From the NCBI RefSeq assembly GCF_963921235.1, contig NC_086097.1, positions 930,001 through 994,000 of the forward strand: a stretch of 64,000 bases of DNA, given 5' to 3'. The notes under the pieces were generated by a model. It saw only the letters and a program-made list of their open reading frames with translations, was not told where the DNA came from and ran no database searches. How positions within the stretch are numbered: the stretch's first letter is position 1; every line of letters begins with the position of its first letter. The DNA is from Mobula hypostoma. Taxonomy: Eukaryota. A program made the position numbers and the translations under genes. Shown here in pieces: positions 1 through 13,339 of this stretch.

Positions 1-1760
1 ACCGAGTTAGGGAACTGGAGCTGCAGCTCGATGACCTTCGGCTTGTTAGCGAAGGTGAGGCAGCGATAGACAGGATCTACAGGGAGTTAGTCACCCAAGA
101 CTACAGGAGACAGATAAATGGGTGACCGTCAGGGGAGGGAAGGGGGAACATCAGATAGCGGAGAGCACCCCTGTGGTCATCCCCATCAGTAATAAATACT
201 CCATTTTGGGTAATGTTGGTGAGATGACCTACCTGGAGGAAGCAACAGCAGTCGTACTTCTGGCACAGAGTCTGACCATATGGATCAGAAGGGTAGGCAT
301 CTGAAGTAATAATAGTAATAGTAATAACTGTCAAGTGTGGGCACGTGGCCAAGTAGTTAAGGCATTGGACTAAAGGTCGTGAGTTCGAGCCCCAGCTGAG
401 GGAACGTGTTGTGTCCTTGACCAAGGCACTTTATCACACATTGCTCTGTGACGACGCTGGTGCCAAACTGTATGGGTCCTAATGCCCTTCCCTTAGACAA
501 CATCAGTGTTGTGGAGAGGGGAGACTCACAGCATGGGCAACTGCCGGTCTTCCATACAACCTTGCCCAGGCCTGCGCCCTGGAGAGTGAAGGCTTTCCAG
601 GCGCAGATCCATGGTCTCGCAAGACTAATGGAAGTCTTTACAAATAACTGTCAGCAGTAATAGGGAACTCTATAGTCATGGGGGACAGATAGGCACGAAT
701 GGGAGTTTGCCTCCCAGGTGCCAGGGTCCAAGAAGTTTCTGGACATATCCACAATATCCTGAAAAGGGAGGGTGAGCAGCCAGAGGCTGTGGTACATATT
801 GGCACCAACGACATAGGAAGAAAAAAGGAGGAGATCCTGAAGAAAGAACATAGGGAGTTAGGAAGGAAGCGGAAAAGCAGGACTTCAAAGGTAGTAATCT
901 CAGGATTGCTGCCTGTGCCACCCAACAGTGAGGATAGGAATAGAATGAGATGGAGGATAAATGCGTGGCTGAAGAATTGGTGCAGGGGGCAGGGATTCAG
1001 ATTTCTGGATCATTGGAACCTCTTCTGGGGAAGGTGGGACCTGTACAAAAGGGATGGGTTGGACTTGAATCCAAAGCGAACAGATTTACTAGAGCTGTTG
1101 GGAGTGGTTTAAACTAACATGGCAGGGAAATGGGAACCAGGATGATATATTAATGTGGTAAATTGGATCAGCAAATTTGCAGATGATACAAAGGTTGGAG
1201 GTGTAGTGGACAGTGAGGAAGGTTTTCAAAGCTTGCAGAGGGATTTGGACCAGCTGGAAAAATGGGCTGAAAAATGGCAGATGGAGTTTAACACAGACAA
1301 GTGTGAGGTATTGCACTTTGGAAGGACAAACCAAGGTAGAACATACAGGGTAAATGGTAAGGCACTGAGGAGTGCAGTAGAACAGAGGGATCTGGGAATA
1401 CAGGTACAAAATTCCCTAAACGTGGCATCACAGGTAGACAGGGTCGTAAAGAGAGCTTTTGGTACATTGGCCTTTATTAATCAAAGTATTGAGTATAAGA
1501 GTTGGAATGTAATGGTGAGGTTGTATAAGGCATTGGTGAGGCCAGATTTGGAGTATCGTGTGCAGATTTGGTCACCAAATTACAGGAAGGATATTAATAA
1601 GGTTGAAAGAGTGCAGAGAAGGTTTACAAGGATGTTGCCGGGACTTGAGAAACTCAGTTACAGAGAAAGGTTGAACAGGTTAGGACTTTATTCCCTGGAG
1701 CGTAGAAGAATGAGGGGAGATTTAATAGAAGTATATGAAATTATGATAGGTATAGATAGA
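1..1760 (+). mobile_element. Decayed CR1 LINE sequence (ORF1 SGNH-esterase part joined to an ORF2 C-terminal part), interrupted by a SINE
   Basis: CLPGAR...VHIGTND esterase motifs (699-1112); KFADDTK and YCVQFW-like motifs (1155-1760). Confidence 0.88.
334..642 (+). mobile_element. tRNA-derived SINE with 11-bp TSD
   Basis: Pol III A box TGGCCAAGTAG (346-356), B box GTTCGAGCC (383-391); direct repeat AATAACTGTCA at 323-333 and 643-653. Confidence 0.85.
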
Positions 1761-4700
1761 AACCATAGAAAAACTACAGCACAGAAACAGGCCTTTTGGC
1801 CCTTCTTGGCTGTGCCGAACTATTTTCTGCCTAGTCCCACTGACCTGCACACGGACCACATCCCTCCATACACCTCCCATCCATGTATCTGTCCAATTTA
1901 TTCTTAAATGTTAAAAAAGAACCCGCATTTACCGCCTCGTCTGGCAGCTCATTCCATACTCCCACCACTCTCTGTGTGAAGAAGCTCCCGCTAATGTTCC
2001 CTTTAAACTTCTCCCCCTTCACCCTTAACCCATGTCCTCCGGTTTTTTTCTCCCCTTGCCTCAGCGGAAAAAGCCTGCTTCCATTCACTCTATTTATACC
2101 CATCATAATTTTATATACCTCTATCAAAGCTCCCCTCATTCTTCCACGCTCCAGGGAATAAAGTCCTAACCTACTCAACCTTTCTCTGTAACTCAATTTC
2201 TCAAGTCCCGGCAACATCCTTGTAAACCTTCTCTGCACTCTTTCAACCTTATTTATATCCTTCCTGTAATTTGGTGACCAAAACTGAACACAATACTCCA
2301 AATTCGGTCTCACCAATGTCTTATACAACCTCATCATAACATTCCAGCTCTTATACTCAATACTTTGATTAATAAAGGCCAATGTACCAAAAGCTCTCTT
2401 TATGACCCTATCTACCTGTGACACCACTTTTAGGGAATTTTATATCTGTATTCCCAGATCCCTCTGTTCTACTGCACTCCTCAGTGCCTTACCATTTACT
2501 CTGTATGTTCTACCTTGGTTTGTCCTTCCAAAGTGCAATACCTCACACTTGTCTGTATTAAACTCATCTGCCATTTTTCAGCCCATTTTTCCAGCTGGTT
2601 CAAGTCCCTCTGCAAGCTTTGAAAACATTCCTCACTGTCCACTACACCTCCAGTCTTTGTATCATCAGCAAATTTGCTGATCCAATTTACCACATTATCA
2701 TCCAGATCATTGATATAGATGACAAGTAACAATGGACCCAGCACTGATCCCTGTGGCACACCACTAGTCACAGGCCTCCACTCGGAGAAGCAATCCTCCG
2801 CTACCACTCTCTGGCTTCTTCCATTGAGCCAATGTCTAATCCAATTTACCACCTCTCCATGTATACCTAGCAACTGAATCTTCCTAACTAACCTCCCATG
2901 CAGGACCTTGTCAAGGGCCTTACTGAAGTCCATGTAGACAACATCCACTGCCTTCCCTTCATCCACTTTCCTGGTAACTTCCCCGAAAAACTCCAATAGA
3001 TTAGTCAAACATGACCTACCACGCACAAAGCCATGTTGACTCTCCCTGTCTATCCAAATGCTTGTAGATTCTGTCTCTCAGTACTCCTTCCAATAACTTA
3101 CCCACTACCGACGTCAAACTTACCGGCCTATAATTTTGCGGATTACTTTTCGATCCTTTTTTAAACAACGGGACAACATGAGCCATTCTCCAATCCTTCA
3201 GCACATCACCCGTAGACACCAACATTTTAAATATATCTGTCAGGGCCCCCGCAATTTCAACACTAGTCTCCTTCAAGGTCTGAGGAAATACCCTGTCAGG
3301 TCCTGGGGATTTATCCACTTTAATTTGCCTCAATATAGCAAGCACCTCCTCCTTTTCAATCTGTACAGTTTCCATGATCTCACTACTTGTTTCCTTTAAT
3401 TCCATAGACTTCATGCCAGTTTCCTTAGTGAATACAGATGCAAAAAAACCATTTAAGATCTCCCCCATTTCTTTTGGTTCCGTACATAGCCGACCACTCT
3501 GATCTTCAAGAGGACCAATTTTATCCCTTACAATCCTTTTACTCTTAATATACTTGTAAAAACTCTTTGGATTATCCTTCCCTTTGACTGCCAAGGCAAC
3601 CTCATGTCTTCTTTTAGCCCTCCTGATTTCCTTCTTAAGTATTTTCTTGCACTTTTTATACTGCTCAAGCACCTTATTTACTCCCTGTTTCCTATACATG
3701 TCATACAACTCTCTCTTCTTCTTTATCAGACTTGCAATATCCCTTGAGAACCAAGGTTCCTTATTCCTATTCACTTTGCCTTTAATCCTGACAGGAACAT
3801 ACAAGCTCTGCACTCTCAAAATTTCTCCTTTGAAGGCTTCCCACTTACCGATCACATCCTTGCCAGAGAACAACCTGTCCCAATCCACGCTTTTTAGATC
3901 CTTTCTCATTTCTTCAAATTTGGCCTTCTTCCAGTTTAGAACCTCAACCCTAGGACCAGATCTATCCTTGTCCATGATCAAGTTGAAACTAATGGTGTTA
4001 TGATCACCGGAACCAAAGTGCTCCCCTACACACACATCCATCACTTGTCCTAACTGGTTTCCTAAAAGGAGATCTAATATTGCATCCCCTCTAGTTGGTA
4101 CCTCCATATATTGATTTAGAAAACTTTCCTGAACACATTTTACAAACTCTAACCCATCTAGACCCCTAACAGTATGGGAGTCCCAATCAATATGTGGAAA
4201 ATTAAAATCCCCTACCACCACAACTTTATGTTTCCAGCAGTTGCCTGCTATCTCTCTGCAGACTTGCTCTTCCAATTCTCGCTGACTATTGGGTAGTCTA
4301 TAATACAACCCCACTAATGTGGCCATACCTTTCCTGTTTCTCAGCTCCACCCATAAGGACTCAGTAGATAAGCCCTCTAATCTGTCCTGCCTGAGCACTG
4401 CTGTAATATTTTCCCCAACAAGCAATGTTACTCCCCCACCTTTCATTCCTCTGCCTCGATCACATCTGAAACATCGGGACCCTGGAACATTAAGCTGCCA
4501 GTCCTGCCCCTCCTGTAGCCAAGTTTCACTAATTGCTATATCGTCATAATTCCACGTGTCAATCCACACCCTCAACTCATCTGCCTTCCCCGCAATACTC
4601 CTAGCATTGAAATATATACACCTCAGAAGATTTTTACCACCACTCACAACCTTTCTATTAGCGGATTTGCTTGATCTTTTAACATCATTTATTTTCACCC

Positions 4701-5493
4701 CAGCCACACTGTCAGCTCTGGTACTCTGGTTCCCATCCCCCTGCAAATCTAGATTAAAGCCTCCCCAATAGCATTAACAAACCTCCCTGAAAGGATATTG
4801 GTCTCCCTGTAGTTCAAGTGTAACCCGTCTCTCTTGTACAGGTCCCACCTGCCCCAGAAGAGGTCCCAATGATCCTGAAATCTGAAACCCTGCCCCCTAC
4901 ACCAGTTCCTCAGCCACTTGTTCATCCTCCAGAGCATCCTATTCCTACCCTCACTGGCACCTAGCACAGGTAGCAATCCTGAGATTACCACCCTGGAAGT
5001 CCTGCTTTTCAACTTCCTACCAAGCTCTCTATACTCACTCTCCAGGACCTCCTCACTCTTCCTTGCTATGTCATTGGTACCGATGTGCACCACGACATCT
5101 GGCTGATCACCCTCCCACTTCAGAATGTCATGCAAGCGATCAGAGACATCCTTGACCCTGGCACCCAGGAGGCAACAAACCATCCTGGATTCTCTGTCAT
5201 GACCACAGAACCTCCTATCTGCACCTCTAACTATCGAGTCCCCTATCACTACCACTCTCCTCTTTTTCCACCCTCCCTTCTGCACTGCTGAACCAGACTC
5301 ATTGCCAGAGATCTGGCTGCTGCAGCTTGTCCCAGGTAAGTCATCCCCCCCAACAGTATCCAATGCAGTATACTTGTTGTTGAGGGGAATGGCCATAGGG
5401 GAACCCTGCTCTGCCTGCCCTTTCCTCTTCCCTCGCCTGACAGTGACCCAATTTCCTGTCCTCTGCTCTTTTGGCGTAACTACCTCCCTGTAG
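1761..5493 (-). mobile_element. Long CR1 LINE (ORF1 esterase, ORF2 APE endonuclease + RT, 3' UTR), frameshifted
   Basis: GDSIV/HIGTND (4749-5519); YFNARS, SETWL, GDFN, DHN (3016-4746); GVPQGS, FADD (2496-3026); CR1 C-terminus (1831-2427); ctatggtttcta tail. Confidence 0.95.
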
Positions 5494-7172
5494 CAATCGA
5501 TCAATAGAATCTTATACATCTATCAACCAATAGAATCCTACAAAGCAATTGATCAATAGAATCCTATGCAGCTATTGATTGATAGAATCCTATCCAGTTA
5601 TTGATTAGTAGAATCCTATACAACAATCGATCAATGAATCCTTTACAGCTCTCGATCAATGAATCCCATACAACTATCGAGCAGTAGCATTCTCTGCAGC
5701 TGTCATTCAGTAGAATCCTCTACAGCTCATCGATGCATAGAACCATCTTCAGCTATCATTCAAAAGAGTCCTATACAGCTATCGAGCAGTGGAATCCTAT
5801 ACTGCTATCAATGCTACACAATTATTGATTCTTACAATCCTGTACAGCTTTAGACCAGTACAATCCTATACTGCTATCGAACAATAGATTACTTTGCAAC
5901 ATTTGATGAATAGAATCCTATACTGCTATTGATCAATAAAATCCTGGACAACTGTCAATCTGTAGAATCCTCTCTAGTTATTGATTAATAGAATCCTATA
6001 CAGCTGGCGATCAATTGTTAATCTGTACAGTTTTGAATTGAATTGACTTCATTTCTTACATCCTTCACATACATGAGGAGTAAAAATCTTATTACATCTC
6101 TGTCTAAATGTGCAATGTGCAATTTATAGCAATTTGTAATGAGTAGAAGTAGTAAATAGCATGTATAACAGGACAGTCAATTTAGCATTGAAATGCAATT
6201 GTATCAGCGTGAATTAATCAGTCTGATGGCCTGGTGTCCAGGAGCCTGTTGGTCCTGGCTTTTACGCTGCATTACCGTTTCCCAATGGTAGCAGCTGGAA
6301 CAGTTTGTGGTTGGGGTGACTCTGGTCCCCAATGATCCTTCGGGCCCTTTTTACACACCTGTCTCTGTAAATGTTCTGAATAGTGGGAATTTCACATCCA
6401 CAGATGCGCTGGGCTGTCCGCAGCACTCTCTGAAGAGTCCTGCGATTGAGGGAGGTACAGTTCCCATACCAGGCAGTGATGCAGCCAGTCAGGATGCTCT
6501 CAATTGTGCCCCTGTAGAAAGTCCTTAGAATTTGGGGACTCATGCCAAACTTCCTCAACCGCCTGAGGTGAAAGAGGCTCTGTTGTGTCTTTTTCACCAC
6601 ACAGCCGGTATGTACAGACCACGTGAGATCCTTGGTGATGTTTATGCTGAGGAACTTAAAGCTGTTCACCCTCTCAACCCCAGACCCATTGATGTCAATA
6701 GGGGCTAGTCTGTCTCCATTCCTCCTGTAATCCACAACCAGCTCCTCTGTTTTTGTGACATTGAGGGAGAGGTTGTTTTCTTGACACCACTGTGTCAGGG
6801 TGATGACTTCTTCACTGTAGGCTGCCTCATTATTATTTGAGATATGGCCAATAAACAAAGTATCATCAGCAAATTTAATTAGCAGATTGGAGCTGTAGGT
6901 GGCAATACAACAATGGGTATAAAGAGAGTGTTGAGGGTCAGAGGGGCAGAGGTGAGGGAGCCCTCTCTTACCACCTCCCGGCGATCTGACAGGAAGTCTA
7001 GGATCCAGCTGCATGAGGCAGGGTAAAGGTTCAATAGAACTCAATACAATGCTATACATCTATCAATCAACAGAATCCTGTACAGCTAACGATCAACAGT
7101 ATCCTATACATCTATTAATCAACAAAGTCCTAGACAGCTATCGATCAACAGAATCCTATACAGCTATCGATC
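5494..7172. repeat. Degenerate ~24-26 bp tandem repeat (ATCAATAGAATCCTATACAGCTATCG-like) split by a LINE insertion at about 6033-7030
   Basis: Recurrent AGAATCCTATACAGCTA units at 5494-6030 and 7030-7172. Confidence 0.8.
6033..7025 (-). mobile_element. Rex1/Babar-type non-LTR retrotransposon 3' fragment
   Basis: KFADDT, NNLSLNVTKT, LRRLRKFG, FYRGTIESIL motifs (6262-7059); (TTCAA)n-type tail. Confidence 0.85.
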
Positions 7173-7735
7173 ATTAGCATGTCTAATGAACTCATCAGTC
7201 AATGAAAGAGGTGAAAGCTTTCTCCACAGGTGAGAATCTCTTCCACAGAGGTGCAGGAAGAGTTTTTGAGCATTTTCGGGCAGAGGGGGATCAAAGTCAA
7301 AGTCAAAGTAAAGTACATATATCTTACCATGTACTGTCCTGAGATTCATGTTCTTGCAGGCATTCACAGGAAAATAAATACACTGGAATTTTTATAAAAC
7401 TGAACATTAAAAAAAACTGACAAACAACCAATGTGCAAAAGAAGACAAACTGCAAAAAATACTGAGAACGTGAGTTCTTGAGAGGGAGTCTAAAATTGTG
7501 GAATCAGTTCAGAGTAGTGGATATCTTCACTCGCCATCCCAGTTCAAGTGCCTGATGGTTGAAGGGTAATAACTGTTCCTGAACCTGGTGGTGTGAGTCC
7601 TGAGGCTCCTGTGCCTCCTTTCTGATGGTAGCAGTGAGGAGGGAGTCTGGCCTGGGTGGTGGGGATCCCTGATGATGGATGAAGTTTTCTTGTGACAGTG
7701 TTCAATGGTGGGGAGGGTTAGCCTGTGAACTGCAC

Positions 7736-8445
7736 CGTAGGGTTCTGAAAGCAGTAGTGGTAGTGACTGTGGAGGCATTAGTAATGATCTTTCAAAAATC
7801 TTTGGCATGGTGCCAGAGAACAGGAAATTTGAAAATGTCACTCCACTCTTTTAGAAAGGAGGAAGGCAGTAGAATGGAAATTATAACCAGTTAGCCAGAC
7901 CTCAGTGGTTGGGAAGATGTTGGAGTCGTTTGTTAAGGATGAGGTGATGGAGTACTTGGTGACACAGGATGAGATAGTACAAAGTCAGCATGGTTTCCTT
8001 CAGGGAAAATCTTCCCTGACGAACCTGTTGGAATTCTTTGAGAAGATTACAAGTAGGATAGATAAAGGAGATGCAGCGGATGTTGTATATTTGGACTTTC
8101 AGAAGGCCTTTGACAAGGCACCACATGTGAGGCTGCTTATCAAGTTAAGAGCCTATGGTATTACAGAAAAGTTACTAACATGGTTAGAGCATTGGCTGAT
8201 TGGTAGGAGGCAGCAAGCGGGAATGAAAGGATCCTTTTCTGGTTGGCTGCCAGTGACTAGTGGTGTTCCACAGGGGTCAGTGTTGGGACCATTTATTTTT
8301 ATGCTGTATGTCAATGATTTAGATAATGGAATAGGTGGCTTTGTTGCCAAGTTTGCAGATGATATGAAGACTGGTGGAAGGGCAGGTAGTGTTGAGGAAA
8401 CGGGTAGGTTGCAAAAGCACTTTGATTAGGAGAACACGCAAGAAA
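7736..8445 (+). mobile_element. CR1 RT fragment
   Basis: [25 protein letters not shown] (7905-8429). Confidence 0.9.
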
Positions 8446-8591
8446 GATCACAAGATCACAAGACAAAGGAGCAGAAGTAGGCCATTTGGCCCATCGAGTC
8501 TGCTCCGCCACTCCACCATGAGCTAAACTATTCTCCCATCTAGTTCTAATTTCTGGCTTTTTCCCCATATCCCTTGAAACCCTGACTAATT

Positions 8592-10023
8592 AACCATATA
8601 ATAATTACAGCATGGAAACAGGCCATCTCGGCCCTTCTACTCCATGCCAAACTCTTAATCTCACCTAGTCCCACTGACCTGCACTCAGCCCATAACCCTC
8701 CATTCCTTTCCTGTCCTTATATCTATCGAATTTAACTTTAAATGACAACATCGAATCTGCCTCAACCACTTCTGCTGGAAGCTCGTTCCACACAGCTACC
8801 ACTCTCTGAGTAAAGAAGTTCCCCCTCATGTTACCCCTAAACTTTTACCCTTTAACTCTCAACTCATGTCCTCTTGTTTGAATCTCCCACACTCTCAATG
8901 GAAAAAGCCTATCCACGTCAACTCCATCTATCCCCCTCATAATTTTAAATAGCTCTATCAAGTTCCCTCTCAACCTTCTACATTCCAAAGAATAAAGACC
9001 TAACTTGTTCAACTTTTCTCTGTAACTTAGGAGATGAAACCCGGGAAAAATTTTAGTAAATCCGTTCTGTACTCTCTCAATCTTATTGACATCTTTCCTA
9101 TAATTCAGTGACCAGAACTGTACACAATACTCCAATTTTGGCCTCACCAATGCCTTATACGATTTCAACGTTACATCCCAACTCCTATACTCAATGCTCT
9201 GATTTATAAAGGCCAGCATACCAAAAGCTTTCTTCACCACCCTATCCACATGAGATTCCACCTTCAGGGAACTATGCACCATTATTCCTAGATCCCTCTG
9301 TTCCATTGCATTCTTCAATGCCCTACCAATTGCCATGTATGTCCTATTTTGATTAGTCCTACCAAAATGTAGCACCTCACACTTAACAGCATTAAACTCC
9401 ATCTGCCATCTTTCAGCCCACTCTTCTAAATGGTTTAAATCTCTCTGCAAGCTTTGAAAACCTACTTCATTATCCACAACTCCACCTATCTTAGTATCAT
9501 CTGCATACTTCCTAATCCAATTTACCACCCCATCAACCAGATCATTAATATATATGACAAACAACATTGGACCCAGTACAGATCCCTGAGGCACACCACT
9601 AGTCACTGGCCTCCAATCTGACACACAGTTATCCACCACTACTCTCTGGCGTCTCCCATCCAGCCACTGCTGAATCCATTTTACTACTTCAATATTAATA
9701 CCTAACGATTGAACCTTCCTAACTAACCTTCCATGTGGAACCTTGTCAAAGGTCTTACTGAAGTCCATATGGACAACAGCCACCGCTTTACCCTCGTCAA
9801 CTTTCCCAGTAACCTCTTCAAAAAATTCAATAAGATTTGTCAAACATGACCTTCGACACACAAATCCATGTTGACTGTTCCTAATCAGACCCTGTCTATC
9901 CAGATAATTTTATATACCATCTCTAAGAATACTTTCCATCAATTTACCCACCACTGACGTCAAACTCACAGGCCGATAATTGCTAGGTTTACTCTTAGAA
10001 CCCTTTTTAATCAATGGAACAAC
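8592..10023 (-). mobile_element. 5'-truncated CR1 (RT + 3' end)
   Basis: ORF 8845-9861 with GVPQGS/YADD; CR1-type 3' UTR. Confidence 0.92.
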
Positions 10024-13000
10024 ATGGGAAACCAACCAGAAGTCGAGATACATGTTGGGACCAACGACATAGGCAGGAAGAGGGATGAGGTCCTGAAGTG
10101 TGAGTTTCGGGAACCAGGCAGAAGGCTGAAGAACAGGACGTCAAGGGTGGCGTTCTCAGGATTGCTGCCAGTGCTACATGACAGTGATGATAAGAATTGG
10201 AGGAGATGGCAGTTGAATGCGTGGCTGAGGAGTTGGTGCAGGGAGCAGGGTTTTAGATTTTTGGATCATTGGGATCTCTTCTGGGGAAGGTGGGACCTGT
10301 ACAGATAGGATGGGTTGCACCTGAACTCAAGGGGGAGCAATATCCTTGCAGGTAGGTTTGCTAGCATGGTTCGGGAGGGTTTAAAGTAATTTGCAAGGGG
10401 GATGGGACCCAGAGCGATAGAGCAGTGAAAGAAATGCATGGAGTAAAGCCAGATCTAACCTATAGGGAGGCTTTGAGGAAAGAGAAGCAGAATAAACGGT
10501 GTAAAGACAGTAAGGTAGAAGGGCTGAAATATATGTACCTCAATGCAAGAAGCATCAGGAACAAAGGTGATGAACTGAGAGCTTGGATACATACATGGAA
10601 TTATGATGTAGTGGCCATTACAGACACTTGGCTGGCACCAGGGCAGGAATGGATTCTCAATACTCCTGGATTTCAGTGCTTTTAAAGGGATAGAAAGGGT
10701 GGAAAAAGGGGAGAAGGGGTGGCATTACTGGTCAGGGATACTATTACAGCTACAGAAAGGGTGGGTAATGTAGCAGGATCCTCTTTTGAGTCAATATGGG
10801 TGGAAGTCAGGAACAGGAAGGGAGCAGTTACTCTATTGGGAGTATTCTATAGGCCCCCTGGTAGCAGCAGAGATACAGAGGAGCAGATTGGGAGGTAGAT
10901 GTTGGAAAGGTGCAAAAATAACAGGGTTGTTATCATGGGTGACTTTAACTTCCCTAATATTGATTGGCACCTGATTAGTTCCAAGGATTTAGATGGGGAA
11001 GAGTTTGTTAAGTGTGTCCAGGACAGATTCCTGCCACAGTATGTGGACAGGTCGACTAGGGGGAATGCCATACTAGATCTAGTACTAGGTAATGAACCAG
11101 GTCAGGTCACAGATCTCTCAGTGGGTGAGCATCTGGGGGACAGTGACCACTGCTCCCTGGCCTTTAGCATTATCATGGAACAGGATAGAATCAGAGAGGA
11201 CAGGTAAATTTTTAATTGAGGAAGGGCAAATTATGAGGCTACAAGGCTAGAACTTGCGGGTGTGAATTGGGATGATGTTTTTGCAGAGAAATGTACTATG
11301 GGCATGTGGTCAATGTTTAGAGATCTCTTGCAGGATGTTAGGGATAAATTTGTTCTGGTGAGGAAGATAAAGAATGGTAGGGTGAAGGAACCATGGGTGG
11401 CAAGTGAGGTGGAAAATCTAGTCAGGTGGAAGAAGGCAGCATACATGAGGTTTCAGAAGCAAGGTTCAGATGGGTCTATTGAGGGATAGAGGGAAGCAAG
11501 AAAAGAGCTTAAGAAGGGGCTGAGAAGAGCAAGAAGGGGACATGAGAAGGCCTTGGCGAGTAGGGTAAAGAAAATGTGAAGAAAAAAGGGATGACAGGAG
11601 TGAAGGTAGGACTGATTAGAGATAAAGGTGGGAAGATGTGCCTGGAGGCTGAGAAAGTGAGTGAGGTCCTCAATGAATACTTCTCTTCAGTATTCACCAA
11701 TGAGAGGGAACTTGATAATGGTGAGGACAATATGAGTGAGGTTGATGTTCTGGAGCATGTTGATGTTAAGGGAGAGGAGGTGTTGGACTTGTTAAAATAC
11801 ATTAGGATGGATAAATCCCTGGGGCCTGATGGAATATTCCCCAGGCTGCTTCATGAGACGAGGGAAGAGATTGCTGAGCCTCTGGCTAGGATCTTTATGT
11901 CCTCGTTGTCCACAGGAATGGTATGGGAGGATTGGAGGGAGGTGAATGTTGTCCCCTTGTTCCAAAACGGTGGTAGAGATAGTCCAGGTAATTATAGACT
12001 AGTGAGCCTTACGCCTGTGGTGGGAAAGCTGTTGGAAAAGATTCTTAGAGATAGGATCTCTGGGCATTTAGAGAATCATGGTCTGATCAGGGACAGTCAG
12101 CATGGCTTTGTGAAGGGCAAATCGTGTCTAACAAGCCTGATAGAGTTCTTTGAGGAGGTGGCCGGGCATATAGATGAGGGTAGTGCAGTGGATGTGATCG
12201 ATATGGATTTTAGTAAGGCATTTGACAAGGTTCCACACAGTAAGCTTATTTAGAAAGTCAGAAAGCATGGGATCCAGGGAAGTATGGCCAGGTGGATTCA
12301 CAATTGGCTTGCCTGCAGAAGGCAGAGGGTGGTGGTGGAGGGAGTACATTCAGATTGGAGGGTTGTGACTAGTTGTGTCCCACAAGGATCTGTTCTGGGA
12401 CCTCTACTTCTCGTGATTTTTATTAATGACCTGGATGTGGGGGTAGAAGGGTGGGTTGGCAAGTTTGCAGACGACACAAAGGTTGGTGGTGTTGTAGATA
12501 GTGTAGAGGATTGTCAAAGATTGCAGAGAGATATTGATAGGATGCAGAAGTGGGCTCAGAAGTGGCAGATGAAGTTCAACCTGGAGAAGTGTGAGGTGGT
12601 ACACTTTGGAAGGACAAACTCCAAGGCAGAGTACAAAGTAAATGGCAGGATACTTGGTAGTGTGGAGGAGCAGAGGGATCTGGGGGTACATGTTGATAGA
12701 TCCCTGAAAGTTGCCTCACAGGTGGATAGGGTAGTTAAGAAAGCTTATGGGGTGTTAGCTTTCATAAGTCGAGGGATAGAGTTTAAGAGTCGTGAGGTCA
12801 TGATGCAGCTCTATAAAACTCTGGTTAGGTCACACTTGGAGTACTGTGTCCAGTTCTGGTCACCTCACTATAGAAAGGATGTGGAATCATTGGAAAGAGT
12901 ACAGAGGAGATTTACCAGGATGTTGCCTGGTTTAGAGAGTATGCATTATGATCAGAGATTAAGGGAGCTAGGGCTTTACTCTTTGGAGAGAAGGAGGATG

Positions 13001-13330
13001 AGAGGAGACATGATAGAGGTGTACAAGATAATAAGAGGAATAGATAGAGTGGATAGCCAGTGCCTCTTCCCCAGGGCACCACTGCTCAATACAAGAGGAC
13101 ATGGCTTTAAGGTAAGGGGTGGGAAGTTCAAGGGGGATATTAGAGGAAGGTTTTTTACTCAGAGAATGGTCGGTGCGTGGAATGCACTGCCTGAGTCAGT
13201 GGTGGAGGCAGATACACTAGTGATGTTTAAGAGACATGGAGGAATTTAAGGTGGGGGTTTATATGGGAGGCAGGGTTTGAGGGTCGGCACAACATTGTGG
13301 GCTGAAGGGCCTGTACTGTGCTGTACTTTT
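10024..13330 (+). mobile_element. CR1 LINE (ORF1 end, endonuclease, RT, 3' end) with stops and frameshifts
   Basis: HVGTND, YLNARS, GDFN, SDH, PGPDG-like and FADD motifs across ORFs 10024-13249. Confidence 0.93.
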
Positions 13331-13339
13331 CTATGTTCT

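Noticed and set aside
334..400. tRNA gene
   Set aside because: It has A/B boxes but continues into a SINE body flanked by TSDs; no complete cloverleaf.
3136..5493. Numerous + strand ORFs opposite CR1 ORFs (here and throughout the window)
   Set aside because: Shadow ORFs of the LINE coding strand with no independent homology.
1761..5519. Active autonomous CR1 or domesticated RT/esterase gene
   Set aside because: ORF2 is split by frameshifts and the 5' end is truncated; every RT copy in the window is broken or partial.
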